Shown here one piece after another: positions 1-9,780 of a stretch of DNA of 64,000 bases. This DNA comes from Acidimicrobiia bacterium (GTDB lineage Bacteria; Actinomycetota; Acidimicrobiia; IMCC26256; JAENVU01). The notes beneath the pieces are model-generated. The model did not search any database, was not told the DNA's origin, and saw only the letters and a program-made list of their open reading frames with translations. The stretch is from positions 40,914-104,913 of the forward strand of contig JBKJIQ010000003.1 of NCBI GenBank assembly GCA_046598395.1. Direction: 5' to 3'. The stretch's first letter is position 1. The number at the start of each line of letters is the position of its first letter. The translations under genes were made by a program, and so were the position numbers.

Positions 1-398
1 CACACCGATCGACGGTTGTTCTCGAAGACCGCCTTGGCATCGGCGGCGTTGGGATTGACCCAAACCGCGGCAATCAACAGCAGCTTGCCCACCCGATCCA
101 CCGGAATGATCTCATCCGCCAGCGCATCCGCCACACCCGCCGCGACCCCCGCTTGCGCTGCGCCCCAGGTCATCTCGGCGTGGCGTTCGCCCGTGATACC
201 GGCCTTGTTGACGAAGAGCGTGGGCGGCTGGACCAGCAATCCTGGCTGGATGACCGCAACGAACGGCGCGTGACCGCGCGATGGCGACGCCAGCGCCGAG
301 GCCCACGCGGTCCCCACCGGCCCGGAGCGTTCGCCGAGCACGGTGTTGACGTGAGCGGCCTCATTGCCGTCACCGATGAAGCTCTCCCCGATCTGCAC
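1..398 (-). CDS. fae: Formaldehyde-activating enzyme (Fae) family protein, runs off the left edge (partial)
   Basis: Not in the ORF track. Manual translation from GTG at 398: MQIGESFIGDGNEAAHVNTVLGERSGPVGTAWASALASPSRGHAPFVAVIQPGLLVQPPTLFVNKA...MTWGAAQAGVAAGVADA...IIP...LLLIAAVWVNPNAAD...VFENNR, which follows the Fae pattern (GE.LVGDGNE.AH, P.TL..NK, GPAQ.GVA.AV.D). Confidence 0.88.
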   Translation of the reverse strand, partial: MQIGESFIGDGNEAAHVNTVLGERSGPVGTAWASALASPSRGHAPFVAVIQPGLLVQPPTLFVNKAGITGERHAEMTWGAAQAGVAAGVADALADEIIPVDRVGKLLLIAAVWVNPNAADAKAVFENNRRSV

Positions 399-858
399 CG
401 CTGCATGCTGCCAGACGGCGACGCGCCCGGGCGAGTAGCGCGGTGACCGTGGCGGCCAGCGCCACCCCTGCGGCAAGTTCGGTCCGCAGCCCTTCTGGCG
501 ACTCTCGCTGGATCTGCTGGTGCAACCGGTCCACCCACCCCGGCAATGGATTCACGCCGAAGAAGAACTCGCCGGGCTTGTCCGAATCCAAGATCGCGGC
601 GCCGGCCATGCCCGCCAGAAGGGCCCGACGGGGCGGGACCCCGGCGACCGTGACCAACGCGACCGTTGCCAATCCGAGCAATCCGTCTCGTTTCGCAACG
701 GCATAGAAGCCGTCCTTGCCGAGTTGAGAATTCCCCCAGTGCGGGGTCATATCCATGATGACGTGCGTCGCGAACCCCACGCCGAAGGCGGCGACCGGCC
801 GCCGCCGACACAGGCTCCCCGCAATCGCTCCGGCAAGCACGTGATTGGTAATGAACAT
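370..858 (-). CDS. Membrane protein with His-rich motifs (metal-dependent hydrolase-like), function unknown
   Basis: MFITNHVLAG...ATHVIMDMTPHWG...DSDKP...LHQQIQ plus hydrophobic segments; start trimmed to ATG 858. Confidence 0.6.
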   Translation of the reverse strand: MFITNHVLAGAIAGSLCRRRPVAAFGVGFATHVIMDMTPHWGNSQLGKDGFYAVAKRDGLLGLATVALVTVAGVPPRRALLAGMAGAAILDSDKPGEFFFGVNPLPGWVDRLHQQIQRESPEGLRTELAAGVALAATVTALLARARRRLAACSGADRGELHR

Positions 859-925
859 CGCTTCGGTAGTGTGCCGCGCCAGGTCCACCCCTCGGACCAT
901 GCTCGCCCCGTCAACGGAGGAACCC

Positions 926-1681
926 ATGAAGTTCAAGGTCGGAGTGCAGCTTCATCCCCAGGTCGGAACCGTCGACGAACTCCGTGCCGCGTGGAAAGCT
1001 GCCGATGCGTTGGGCGCCGACAGCATCTGGATTTGGGACCACTTCTTCCCGCTGTACGGCAACCCCGATGCCAACCACTACGAGGCGTACACCCTCCTCG
1101 CGGCGATGGCCGTCGACACCGAACACGCGCGTATCGGCGCACTCGTCACCTGTAACTCGTACCGCAACCCGCAACTACTCGCCGACATGTCACGCACGAT
1201 CGATCTTCTGAGTCACGGCCGCTTCGTGCTCGGTATCGGATCAGGTTGGTTCGAGCGTGACTACACCGAGTACGGCTACGACTTCGGGACCGCAGGTGGA
1301 CGCCTCGCGCAACTCGGCGCGGCGCTGCCGGTCATCGCCGACCGCCTCGGCGCGCTCGTCCCGCCGCCTGATGGCGACCTGCCGATTCTCATCGGCGGCT
1401 CCGGCGAAAAAGTCACCCTCAAACTCGTAGCGGAGCACGCCGACGCGTGGAACACGTTCGGCCCGCCCGACAACTTCGCGAAGAAGAACGCAGTGCTCAA
1501 CGACTGGTGCCAAAAGTTGGGGCGCGCGCCGCACGAGATTGAACGGACCGTCGCGATCCAACCGCAAGAGGTGGGTGACATCGACGCCTACATCGCAGCA
1601 GGGGTCGAGCACTTCATCGTGATGGTGGGTGCGCCGTACGACCTCGCGCCGCTCGAGAACCTCATCGCCGCGCGGGGTTGA
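926..1681 (+). CDS. LLM-class (probably F420-dependent) oxidoreductase
   Basis: WDHFFP, CNSYRNPQLLADM, GRFVLGIGSGW, ILIGGSGEK; SD GGAGG before ATG 926. Confidence 0.9.
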   Translation: MKFKVGVQLHPQVGTVDELRAAWKAADALGADSIWIWDHFFPLYGNPDANHYEAYTLLAAMAVDTEHARIGALVTCNSYRNPQLLADMSRTIDLLSHGRFVLGIGSGWFERDYTEYGYDFGTAGGRLAQLGAALPVIADRLGALVPPPDGDLPILIGGSGEKVTLKLVAEHADAWNTFGPPDNFAKKNAVLNDWCQKLGRAPHEIERTVAIQPQEVGDIDAYIAAGVEHFIVMVGAPYDLAPLENLIAARG

Positions 1682-1912
1682 CCTCGCACGAGCAGATTGA
1701 CCCGGTGGCACCGGACGCATCGCACCTTCCGTGAAGCCGATCGCGCGCTCCGCGCGAAACGGGCAAAGATTCGCGACTTGCTCGACTGGTTCGATACCTC
1801 CCGCTTGCCTCACCGCAGCGCACGCGCTATCAAATTGACCCGGCCAAGGTCTCGAAGTCGTGCGTCGGAGTCAGGCGCGACACCTTGCTCGGAACCGAGT
1901 CTCAAGGACGTG

Positions 1913-2650
1913 ATGCGCTCAATTCCTGCAACGACGTCGCGCGTTGATGTCGCGGCGCGCCGCCACCGACACCAGTCCCGCGTGATGATCGCGGCCGCAT
2001 TCACAGTGATGCTCGCCTCGATGACCGTCACCGCCAGCCCGGCGGAGTCGGGGCCCGTGGCTCACGGCATCCTCCCTCGCACGGCATCGAGTCCCGTCGT
2101 TCGTGTCCTTCCGGCGGGCGCCCTCGAGCTGGCGTCCTCCTCCACCACCTCAAACGCCAGCAGTCCGTCCCCGCCGCCAGTCGCGCCACCATCGACGCCG
2201 GTCGAAGACACCACCCTGCTCAGCCCCGAGGATGTCCCCGAACCACAGGCGATTCTGCCGATCCAACTCATCGGCCGCATCCAGATTCCGAAGATCGGCC
2301 TCGACACCGACCTGCGCGACCAGATCACGCAAGAATCGATCGATCTCGGACCATCACATTGGCCCGGCACCGCGGGACCGGGTGGCTTTGGGAACGCGGT
2401 GATCGCCGGGCACCGCAACAGCCACACCGCGCCGTTCCACGATCTCGGAAATCTGGCGCCCAGCGACACCATCATTCTCGTCACCGGCGACCACACGCTC
2501 ACCTACACGGTGACCGAGCTGTTTGTGGTGGCACCCGATGCCGTGTGGATTACGGAGCAGACTCCCGGTCACAACCTCACGTTGTTCACGTGTCATCCCC
2601 TCGGCCAATCGTCGCAACGGTTAGTCGTGCGCGCCACACTCGCCGCATGA
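1913..2650 (+). CDS. Sortase (class E/D-like)
   Basis: N-terminal TM, Pro/Ser linker, GRIQIPKIGLD, GNAVIAGHR, LTLFTCHP, RLVVRA (His-Cys-Arg triad). Start uncertain. Confidence 0.88.
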   Translation: MRSIPATTSRVDVAARRHRHQSRVMIAAAFTVMLASMTVTASPAESGPVAHGILPRTASSPVVRVLPAGALELASSSTTSNASSPSPPPVAPPSTPVEDTTLLSPEDVPEPQAILPIQLIGRIQIPKIGLDTDLRDQITQESIDLGPSHWPGTAGPGGFGNAVIAGHRNSHTAPFHDLGNLAPSDTIILVTGDHTLTYTVTELFVVAPDAVWITEQTPGHNLTLFTCHPLGQSSQRLVVRATLAA

Positions 2651-2712
2651 CCGACGCGAGCTACATCACCGACCAGACCATCGCGGTCGACGGCGGACTC
2701 ACGCTCATCTGA
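2647..2712 (+). pseudogene. C-terminal remnant of a short-chain dehydrogenase (SDR)
   Basis: MTDASYITDQTIAVDGGLTLI* matches the SDR C-terminal signature ASYITG(Q)TI.VDGG; the rest of the gene is absent. Confidence 0.6.
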
Positions 2713-2726
2713 CCCGATAAGGTCAC

Positions 2727-2822
2727 ACTTCAAACGCGGGAGTCCGGTGCACCGGGCTGAGAGGACAGCATGCAGCTGTCGACCGTCCGAACCTGACCCG
2801 GATCATGCCGGCGCAGGGAGTC
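2727..2822 (+). ncRNA. TPP (THI-box) riboswitch
   Basis: GGGAG...GCTGAGAGG...GACCGTCCGAACCTGACCCGGATCATGCCGGCGCAGGGAG consensus directly upstream of thiamine genes. Confidence 0.95.
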
Positions 2823-2876
2823 TGCCAATCAGCCTTCCGTGCGCGTCAGTGTGAACCTCTGACCGTAAGGACGAGC

Positions 2877-3515
2877 ATGCACGCCATCGTGGCTGCGGGC
2901 GGTGATCCGCTCGACGAGATGTGGCACGCCACACTCCCGGCCGATGCGCTGGTGATCGCGGCAGATTCCGGGCTCGCGCATGTATATGCACTCGGACTGG
3001 TGCCGCACGTGGTGGTTGGCGACTTCGACTCCGTGGACCGAGCGCAGCTCGATCGCGCCAACCGCGCGGGCGCCACCATCGAGCGTCATTCCACCGACAA
3101 AGACGCGACCGACCTCGAACTCGCACTGACGGTGGCACGCGAGCGCGGCGCCACGCATGTCACGGTGATTGGCGGGGGCGGCGGCCGCCTCGACCACGCG
3201 CTGGCCAACGTTGCTCTCCTCGCCGACCCGGCGTGGGCGGGCATGCGCATCGAGGCCTTCCTCGGAACGGCACGCGTGACCGTCGTTCGAGACCACGCGG
3301 CGATCACGGGAGCCATCGACAGCCTGGTGACCATCCTCGCGGTCGGCGGCATGGCCGAAGGGATCACTACCACCGGTCTGCGCTGGCCGCTGACCGACGA
3401 CGAACTCGCGCCAACCGCTTCGCGGGGCGTCAGCAACGAGATCACCCGATCCCCCGCGTCGGTCACCGTACGGACCGGAACGCTGCTCGTCATCCAACCG
3501 AGCGGAGGCCGCTAG
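2877..3515 (+). CDS. thiN: Thiamine pyrophosphokinase
   Basis: IAADSG, VVGDFDS, DKDATDLELAL, GGRLDHALAN, GLRWPL, GVSNE. Confidence 0.93.
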   Translation: MHAIVAAGGDPLDEMWHATLPADALVIAADSGLAHVYALGLVPHVVVGDFDSVDRAQLDRANRAGATIERHSTDKDATDLELALTVARERGATHVTVIGGGGGRLDHALANVALLADPAWAGMRIEAFLGTARVTVVRDHAAITGAIDSLVTILAVGGMAEGITTTGLRWPLTDDELAPTASRGVSNEITRSPASVTVRTGTLLVIQPSGGR

Positions 3516-4577
3516 ATGCGCAACCGAATCGTGATCCTCACCACCGCGATCGCGCTCGTCGCCTTCGGCGCGTGCAGTTCCGATCGCGGGGCCACCGGCG
3601 GCAACGACGGTTCCAAGACCGTCACCCTCGTCACCCACGATTCGTTCGCGGTCTCGAAGCCGGTCTTGCGTGCGTTCACCCGCGAGACCGGCTGGAAAGT
3701 GCGCGTGCTCAAGAACGGCGATGCCGGCGCAGCGCTGAACCAAGTGATCCTCACCAAAGACGCGCCACTCGGCGATGCGTTCTTCGGTGTCGACAACACC
3801 TTCCTCACACGGGCACTCGACGAGAAGGTCTTCGTGGCCTTCCGCGCGCGTGGGCTCGGCCGAGTCCCGCGCCGCATGCGGCTCGACCCAACCCGTCATG
3901 CCACCCCGATCGACTTCGGTGACGTGTGTGTGAACGCAGATAAGCAGTGGTTCGCAGATCACAACGTGGCGATTCCCCGGACCCTCGACGACCTCACCGA
4001 CTCGAGGTACCGCGACCTCCTCGTCGTGGAGAACCCCGCAACTTCGTCGCCGGGTCTCGCGTTCGTGGCCGCGACCGTCGCGCACTTCGGCAACGGCTGG
4101 CTGGGTTACTGGGATCGCCTGCGCGCCAACGGCGTGCTCGTGGTCGACGCGTGGGAGCAGGCCTACAACGGCGAGTTCTCCGGCGCGGCCGGCAGCACCG
4201 GCGGGCGTCCGCTGGTCGTGAGCTACGCATCCAGCCCGCCCGCCGAGGTGTTCTTCGCGGATCCGCCGCCCGCCGACGCGCCGACGGTGTCCCTTGACCG
4301 CACCTGCTTCCGTCAGGTGGAGTTCGCCGGAGTGCTGCGCGGCGCGGCCCACCCGGACGGGGCACGCCGGCTCATCGACTTCATGCTGAGTCAACGCTTC
4401 CAGCGCGACATGCCCCTGACCATGTTCGTCAACCCAGCCGTCGCAGGCACTCCGCTCCCGCCGGTGTTCACCAAGTTCGGCACAGTTCCCGAGCGTCCGT
4501 TCTCGATCCCCGCACAACAGATCGGGCGCCACCGCGAATCGTGGATCAAGCAGTGGACCGCACACGTCCTCCGATGA
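3516..4577 (+). CDS. thiB: Thiamine ABC transporter substrate-binding lipoprotein
   Basis: Lipobox (FGAC), VTHDSF, GVDNTFL, ENPATSSPGLAF, VVSYASSP, CFRQVEFAG. Confidence 0.92.
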   Translation: MRNRIVILTTAIALVAFGACSSDRGATGGNDGSKTVTLVTHDSFAVSKPVLRAFTRETGWKVRVLKNGDAGAALNQVILTKDAPLGDAFFGVDNTFLTRALDEKVFVAFRARGLGRVPRRMRLDPTRHATPIDFGDVCVNADKQWFADHNVAIPRTLDDLTDSRYRDLLVVENPATSSPGLAFVAATVAHFGNGWLGYWDRLRANGVLVVDAWEQAYNGEFSGAAGSTGGRPLVVSYASSPPAEVFFADPPPADAPTVSLDRTCFRQVEFAGVLRGAAHPDGARRLIDFMLSQRFQRDMPLTMFVNPAVAGTPLPPVFTKFGTVPERPFSIPAQQIGRHRESWIKQWTAHVLR

Positions 4578-6178
4578 TCGCGGCGAGGAGCATCTCTCGG
4601 CGGGCCGGTCGCGCGCTGCTGGTCGGCGCGCCGCTGGTCTTTCTCGGCGTGTTCTTTCTCTGGCCGGTCGGCGCGATCCTCGGCCGTGGCCTCAGCGCTC
4701 GCGGCAGCGTCGACCTCTCCCCAATCACCGATGTGCTCGCCGACACCACCTTGCGCGCTGTGGTGCTCTTCACCCTCTGGCAGGCCGCGCTGTCAACAGC
4801 GGTCACACTGGCCATTGCACTCCCTGCTACTGCCGTACTGAGCCGGTTCCAATTCCGTGGTCGAGGCCTGATCGTCGCCGCCCTGACGATGCCATTCGTC
4901 CTGCCGACGGTCGTGGTCGCGGCTGCGTTTCGCGGACTCGGGATCCAAGGATCGCTGCTCGCCATTGTGTTGGCCCACGCGTTCTTCAACGTCGCGATCG
5001 TGGTGCGGGTGGTTGGGGCATCGTGGGTCAGCCTCGATCGCCGAGAAGAGGATGCGGCGCGCACCCTCGGGGCCGGACCCATCCGAACCTTCACATCGAT
5101 CACGCTCCCCGCGCTGCGACCCGCGATCGTGGCCGCGTCTTCGATTGTCTACCTCTTCTGCTTCACATCATTTGGCGTGATCCTCGTGCTGGGCGGTCCA
5201 CGGTTCGCGACCCTCGAAACCGAGATCTACCGCCAAACCGCACAACTCCTCGATCTCCGGACCGCGGCGGCACTGTCGATCGTCCAACTCGTCGCGGTCG
5301 TGGCTACGCTGCTCATCGCGGGCAGTGCCACCGGACGCGCTCGCCGCCAGACCATCGGTTGGCAGGTCCGTCACCCGCCGAGACGGGTGCGCGAACTACT
5401 CGTACTCGCGACCGCGTTGGGCCCCGCACTCCTGCTAGTCGGACTTCCACTCTTGGACCTGGTCCGGAGATCGTTCGCGCACGACGCGGTCGGCTACACC
5501 AACCTCGCCAAGACCCCCATCGGCGCCGCGAGTTCGGGGCTGCACGCGCTCGGGACATCACTGCGCATCGCCACCGCCGCCACCACGATCGCCGTGGTGC
5601 TCGGCCTCGCCCTCGCCACCGCAGTCACCCGACCCGGACCACCGAGCCGACTCGCGCGTTTCGCCGAGCTGTTCGTGGTACTGCCCCTCGGGGTATCCGC
5701 GGTCACCGTCGGCTTCGGGTTTCTCATCGTGTTCGATACCCCGCCTTTCGACCTCCGCACTTCCTGGTGGATCATTCCCATCGCGCATGCGCTCGTCGCC
5801 CTGCCCTTTGTGGTTCGCACCACGGTCCCGGCTTTACGCGCGATCGACCCGCGCCAACGCGAGGCGGCCGCGCTCCTCGGTGCGGGACCCGCGCAGGTCT
5901 GGCGCGAGATTGATCTGCGGGTGGTCGCTCGTGCTGGGATCGTTGCCGCCGGGTTCGCGTTCGCCATCTCGTTGGGCGAGTTTGGCGCAACCCTCTTCAT
6001 CGTTCGCCCCGAGACCACCACCGTTCCGGTAGCGATCTACCGTTTTCTCAGCCACCCCGGCGCGACCAACGTGGATCAGGCCATGGCCCTCGCGACCATC
6101 CTCATGGTGTTCACCGGGCTCATCGTCCTGGCGGGTGAACGGTTCCATCGCATCGGCCGTGCGGGGAGCGTCCTCTGA
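4574..6178 (+). CDS. thiP: Thiamine/iron-type ABC permease
   Basis: Two EAA loops (EDAARTLGA, EAAALLGA), FCFTSFG, SLGEFGA; ATGA overlap with thiB. Confidence 0.9.
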   Translation: MIAARSISRRAGRALLVGAPLVFLGVFFLWPVGAILGRGLSARGSVDLSPITDVLADTTLRAVVLFTLWQAALSTAVTLAIALPATAVLSRFQFRGRGLIVAALTMPFVLPTVVVAAAFRGLGIQGSLLAIVLAHAFFNVAIVVRVVGASWVSLDRREEDAARTLGAGPIRTFTSITLPALRPAIVAASSIVYLFCFTSFGVILVLGGPRFATLETEIYRQTAQLLDLRTAAALSIVQLVAVVATLLIAGSATGRARRQTIGWQVRHPPRRVRELLVLATALGPALLLVGLPLLDLVRRSFAHDAVGYTNLAKTPIGAASSGLHALGTSLRIATAATTIAVVLGLALATAVTRPGPPSRLARFAELFVVLPLGVSAVTVGFGFLIVFDTPPFDLRTSWWIIPIAHALVALPFVVRTTVPALRAIDPRQREAAALLGAGPAQVWREIDLRVVARAGIVAAGFAFAISLGEFGATLFIVRPETTTVPVAIYRFLSHPGATNVDQAMALATILMVFTGLIVLAGERFHRIGRAGSVL

Positions 6179-7194
6179 TGCTGACGGTCGACGATCTCTC
6201 GATTCGGTACGGTCCAACCATCGCGGTCGACCGGGTTGGCCTCACGGTGCCCGACGGCGAGATCGTCGCGGTCCTCGGGCCGAGCGGGAGCGGGAAGACC
6301 AGCCTGCTCCGAGCGATTGCCGGTCTCGAACCGACCAGCTCCGGCACCGTGCATTGGGACGACCTCGATGTCACCAACGTTGCGGCGCACCGGCGCGACT
6401 TCGGCCTGATGTTCCAGGACCACGCGCTCTTCGGTCACTGTGATGTGCTCGGCAATGTGAACTTCGGGCTCCGGATGCGTCACCAGAGCCGCGATCGTCA
6501 GGTGAAGCGGTCCACGGAGATGCTCGCGCTCGTCGGACTCTCCGGGTACGAGCACCGCCGGGTGGATCAACTCTCGGGTGGCGAGCAACAACGCGTGGCC
6601 CTCGCCCGCGCGCTCGCACCGGCGCCGCGGCTCCTGATGCTCGATGAACCCCTCGCGTCGGTCGACCGCGAACGCCGTGAGCAACTCGCCACCGAACTCC
6701 ACCGCATCATCCGCGCCAGCTCGACCCCCACGCTCTTCGTGACCCACGATCTCGACGAGGCATTTACGCTCGCCGACTCAGTAGTGATCCTGAATCGAGG
6801 CCACGTTGAAACCGCTGGGAACGCCCGGGACGTCTGGCGCAACCCGGGATCGATCGCCGCGGCGCGCTTCCTCGGCGTGGCCAGCGAGTGGACGTTCACC
6901 GTCGACGGGACCGTCGCGGCACGACACGTCGTCACACCCTGGGGGCCCATCCCGGTTCCCGTCGAGATCGCCCAACAAGCGTGGGTCGGGTTCCGACCGG
7001 TCGACCTTCGCATCGACCCGGCCGGGCCCGTTGCCGGGATGGTACGCGTGACCTGGTTCCGAGGCGACCACTTCGTGAGCGAGATCGACACCGCATTCGG
7101 ACGGTTAACCGCAGTGAGTCGAGCATCACCGGACCTCCATTCGGAAGTCTCGATCGCCGCCGACCTCGATGCCGCGGTGGTGCTCGGCGCATAG
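6178..7194 (+). CDS. thiQ: ABC transporter ATP-binding subunit (thiamine uptake)
   Basis: Walker A GPSGSGKT, LSGGEQQ, LLMLDEP, VTHD; operon context. Confidence 0.88.
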   Translation: MLTVDDLSIRYGPTIAVDRVGLTVPDGEIVAVLGPSGSGKTSLLRAIAGLEPTSSGTVHWDDLDVTNVAAHRRDFGLMFQDHALFGHCDVLGNVNFGLRMRHQSRDRQVKRSTEMLALVGLSGYEHRRVDQLSGGEQQRVALARALAPAPRLLMLDEPLASVDRERREQLATELHRIIRASSTPTLFVTHDLDEAFTLADSVVILNRGHVETAGNARDVWRNPGSIAAARFLGVASEWTFTVDGTVAARHVVTPWGPIPVPVEIAQQAWVGFRPVDLRIDPAGPVAGMVRVTWFRGDHFVSEIDTAFGRLTAVSRASPDLHSEVSIAADLDAAVVLGA

Positions 7195-7205
7195 TGTCGC
7201 CGCTC

Positions 7206-8894
7206 ATGGCTGCCCCTCGGTTCGATCACCTCCATACCTACGCCGAGCTGAGCGCGGCTTTGGAAACACTGGCCGCGGCCGCCCCCGAACTCATGAACCT
7301 CGAGCACGCGGGAATATCGCACGAGGGGCGGCCGATCTGGCTCGCGACCGTCACGAACACCGCGACCGGACCGCACGATGAAAAGCCGGCGGTGTTCGTG
7401 GAAGCGAACATCCATGCCACCGAAATCACCGCGTCGACCGCGGCCCTCCACCTCCTGCATCACTTGACCACCCAGTACGGCACCGATCCGGCGGTGACCC
7501 GCGCCCTCGATACCCGCACGTTCTACGTGATGCCGCGCGTCAATCCCGATGGGGTGGAACTCGCCCTCGCGGATGATCCGATCTATCTGCGCTCCTCCAC
7601 GCGCACGTACCCCCGACCCGATCAACAGCCGGGCCTCGTCGAGCGCGATGCCGACGGTGACGGCCGGGTGCTCTGGATGCGGTTGCAGGATCCCGACGGT
7701 GCGTGGATCATTCACCCCGACGAACCGCGTTTGATGATCGCTCGACCCTTCGATGATGTGACTGACGGTCCGTTCTACCGACTGCTCCCGGAAGGTCTCG
7801 TCCACGAGTTCGATGCGGACCGAGTCCCGATTGCCCGGTCGTTGCAGGGCCTGGACCTCAACCGCAACTTCCCCCAGGAGTGGCTGCCGGAAGGGAGCCA
7901 ACATGGCGCGGGTGAGTTCCCCACCTCCGAGCCGGAGGTGCGTGCAGTGGTCGAGGCCGTGAGCGCGCGGCCGAACATTGGGGTCTACTTCGCCCACCAC
8001 ACCTTCGCGGGAGTGATCCTGCGCCCGTACGGCGGTCACGCGGACGATCACTTCCCCACCGCAGATCTCGTCATATACAAGACCATGGGGCGACGCGCCA
8101 CCGAAATCACCGGCTACGAGACCGCATCGGTGTTCCACGAGTTCAAGTACGACCCCAAGACTTCGATCACCGGCTGCGGTGACGAGTGGGCGTACGACTA
8201 CCTCGGCGTGTTCGGTTGGACTACCGAGTTCTGGAGCCCGCTGCGCGCCGCGGGGATCGAGCACAAGTACATCGAGTGGTACGACGAGCATCCCGTCGCG
8301 GATGATCTCGCCCTCCTCGCCTGGAATGACGACGTCTTGGACGGCGCGGGCTTCGTCGACTGGTATGCCTTCGACCACCCGCAGCTCGGGCCGGTGGAGC
8401 TCGGCGGCTGGGACACGTTCCGGACCTGGAGCAATCCCCCGGCGGCGCTGATGGAGGCCGAGATTGCTCCGCACAGCACGTGGGCCGTCGCCCAGGCGCT
8501 GGCACTCCCGGAACTGGCGATCCACGACGTCCGCACCACCCTGCTGGCCGACGGCGCGTACCTCGTACGAGCGGTGGTCAAGAACGTCGGATGGCTACCA
8601 ACCAACGTGACGAAGAAGGCGATCGAACGCAAGGCGGTCCGGCCGGTGGAGGTCACCATCTCCGTCGGCGACTCCGTTGAACTGGTGGGCGGTCGCGCCA
8701 CCATCGAACTGTCGCAGCTCCCCGGCCGCGCTCGCGCCCGCACGATGATGGCCGCGAACGATGGGGTCTTTGACCCGAGCACCGACCGCGCGTTCGCGGA
8801 GTGGGTGGTGCGCGGCCCGCAGGGTGCGACCATCGAGATCACGGCGTCGCACAGTCGCGCCGGGGTGGCGCGCGCCAAGCGGGAGCTCACATGA
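7206..8894 (+). CDS. M14 family zinc carboxypeptidase
   Basis: NIHATE (HxxE), PRVNPDG, DLNRNF, FPTSEPEV, HHTF. Confidence 0.88.
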   Translation: MAAPRFDHLHTYAELSAALETLAAAAPELMNLEHAGISHEGRPIWLATVTNTATGPHDEKPAVFVEANIHATEITASTAALHLLHHLTTQYGTDPAVTRALDTRTFYVMPRVNPDGVELALADDPIYLRSSTRTYPRPDQQPGLVERDADGDGRVLWMRLQDPDGAWIIHPDEPRLMIARPFDDVTDGPFYRLLPEGLVHEFDADRVPIARSLQGLDLNRNFPQEWLPEGSQHGAGEFPTSEPEVRAVVEAVSARPNIGVYFAHHTFAGVILRPYGGHADDHFPTADLVIYKTMGRRATEITGYETASVFHEFKYDPKTSITGCGDEWAYDYLGVFGWTTEFWSPLRAAGIEHKYIEWYDEHPVADDLALLAWNDDVLDGAGFVDWYAFDHPQLGPVELGGWDTFRTWSNPPAALMEAEIAPHSTWAVAQALALPELAIHDVRTTLLADGAYLVRAVVKNVGWLPTNVTKKAIERKAVRPVEVTISVGDSVELVGGRATIELSQLPGRARARTMMAANDGVFDPSTDRAFAEWVVRGPQGATIEITASHSRAGVARAKRELT

Positions 8895-9769
8895 CTGCGC
8901 CGGTACGGGTCGGTCTCGCCGGCGCGGGTCCGTGGGCGCGCATGGTCCACGCGCCACTGCTCGCGGCGGGCCCCGAGACCGAACTGGTTGGGGTGTGGTC
9001 CCGTACACCGGAGCACGCGACCGCGCTCGCCACCGAAATGCACGTCGAGACATTCGCCACCTTCGATGCGATGTTGGAGCACGTGGACGCGGTGGCGTTG
9101 GCTGTTGTCCCGGCGGCCCAACCCGACCTCGCGGTGCGCGCCGCCAGCGCCGGTAAGGCACTCCTTCTCGAGAAACCACTCGGGGTCGACGTTGCCGGCG
9201 CCCGGCGGATCGCGGAGGCCGTCGCCGCGAACCAGGTGGGTTCCTTGATGCTCCTCACCTACCGCTTCGCGGATGTGGTCCGCGAGTTCCTCGCCGAAGC
9301 CGCGACCATGACACCTACCGGTGGTCGGGCGTGCTTCATTTCCGGCGCGTTCCTGAGCGGCGCGTTCGCGGGAGGATGGCGCCTCGAGCTCGGCGCGCTC
9401 CTCGACGTTGGGCCCCACATTCTCGATCTCGTGGAGGCCGCGCTCGGGCCAGTCGTGGAGATCCAGGGCCACGGCGACCCCCGCAGTTGGGTCGGGCTGC
9501 TCCTCACCCACGAATCCGGCGCGTGCAGCGAGGTCACACTGTCGTGTGCAAGTGCGATTGAACCGAGTCGCACGGAGCTCGAGGTCTACGGCCGCGATCG
9601 ATCACTGTTTGTCGACGCGCGTTCGGCCGCCCGCGCCGAGTCCTTCGCCCGGGTGCGCGCCGAGTTCGCGCACGTTGCGCGCACGGGCGATACTCATCCT
9701 TGCGACGCGGCGCGCGGTCTGGTGCTCCAAAAGCTCATCGCCCGCGCCGAGCGCGCGCTCCAGGGCTGA
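8891..9769 (+). CDS. Gfo/Idh/MocA family oxidoreductase
   Basis: GLAGAGPW Rossmann start, LLEKP, GALLDVGPH; ATGA overlap with upstream gene. Confidence 0.88.
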   Translation: MTAPVRVGLAGAGPWARMVHAPLLAAGPETELVGVWSRTPEHATALATEMHVETFATFDAMLEHVDAVALAVVPAAQPDLAVRAASAGKALLLEKPLGVDVAGARRIAEAVAANQVGSLMLLTYRFADVVREFLAEAATMTPTGGRACFISGAFLSGAFAGGWRLELGALLDVGPHILDLVEAALGPVVEIQGHGDPRSWVGLLLTHESGACSEVTLSCASAIEPSRTELEVYGRDRSLFVDARSAARAESFARVRAEFAHVARTGDTHPCDAARGLVLQKLIARAERALQG

Positions 9770-9780
9770 ACCGCGAACCG

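Noticed and set aside
16-273. 85-aa plus-strand ORF in the track
   Set aside because: Antisense shadow of the fae gene; no recognisable motifs.
2829-8525. Very long minus-strand ORFs (578 aa at 2829-4565, 652 aa at 6567-8525) and similar ones elsewhere
   Set aside because: They lie antisense to well-supported genes; stop-poor shadow frames are expected at this GC content and codon bias.
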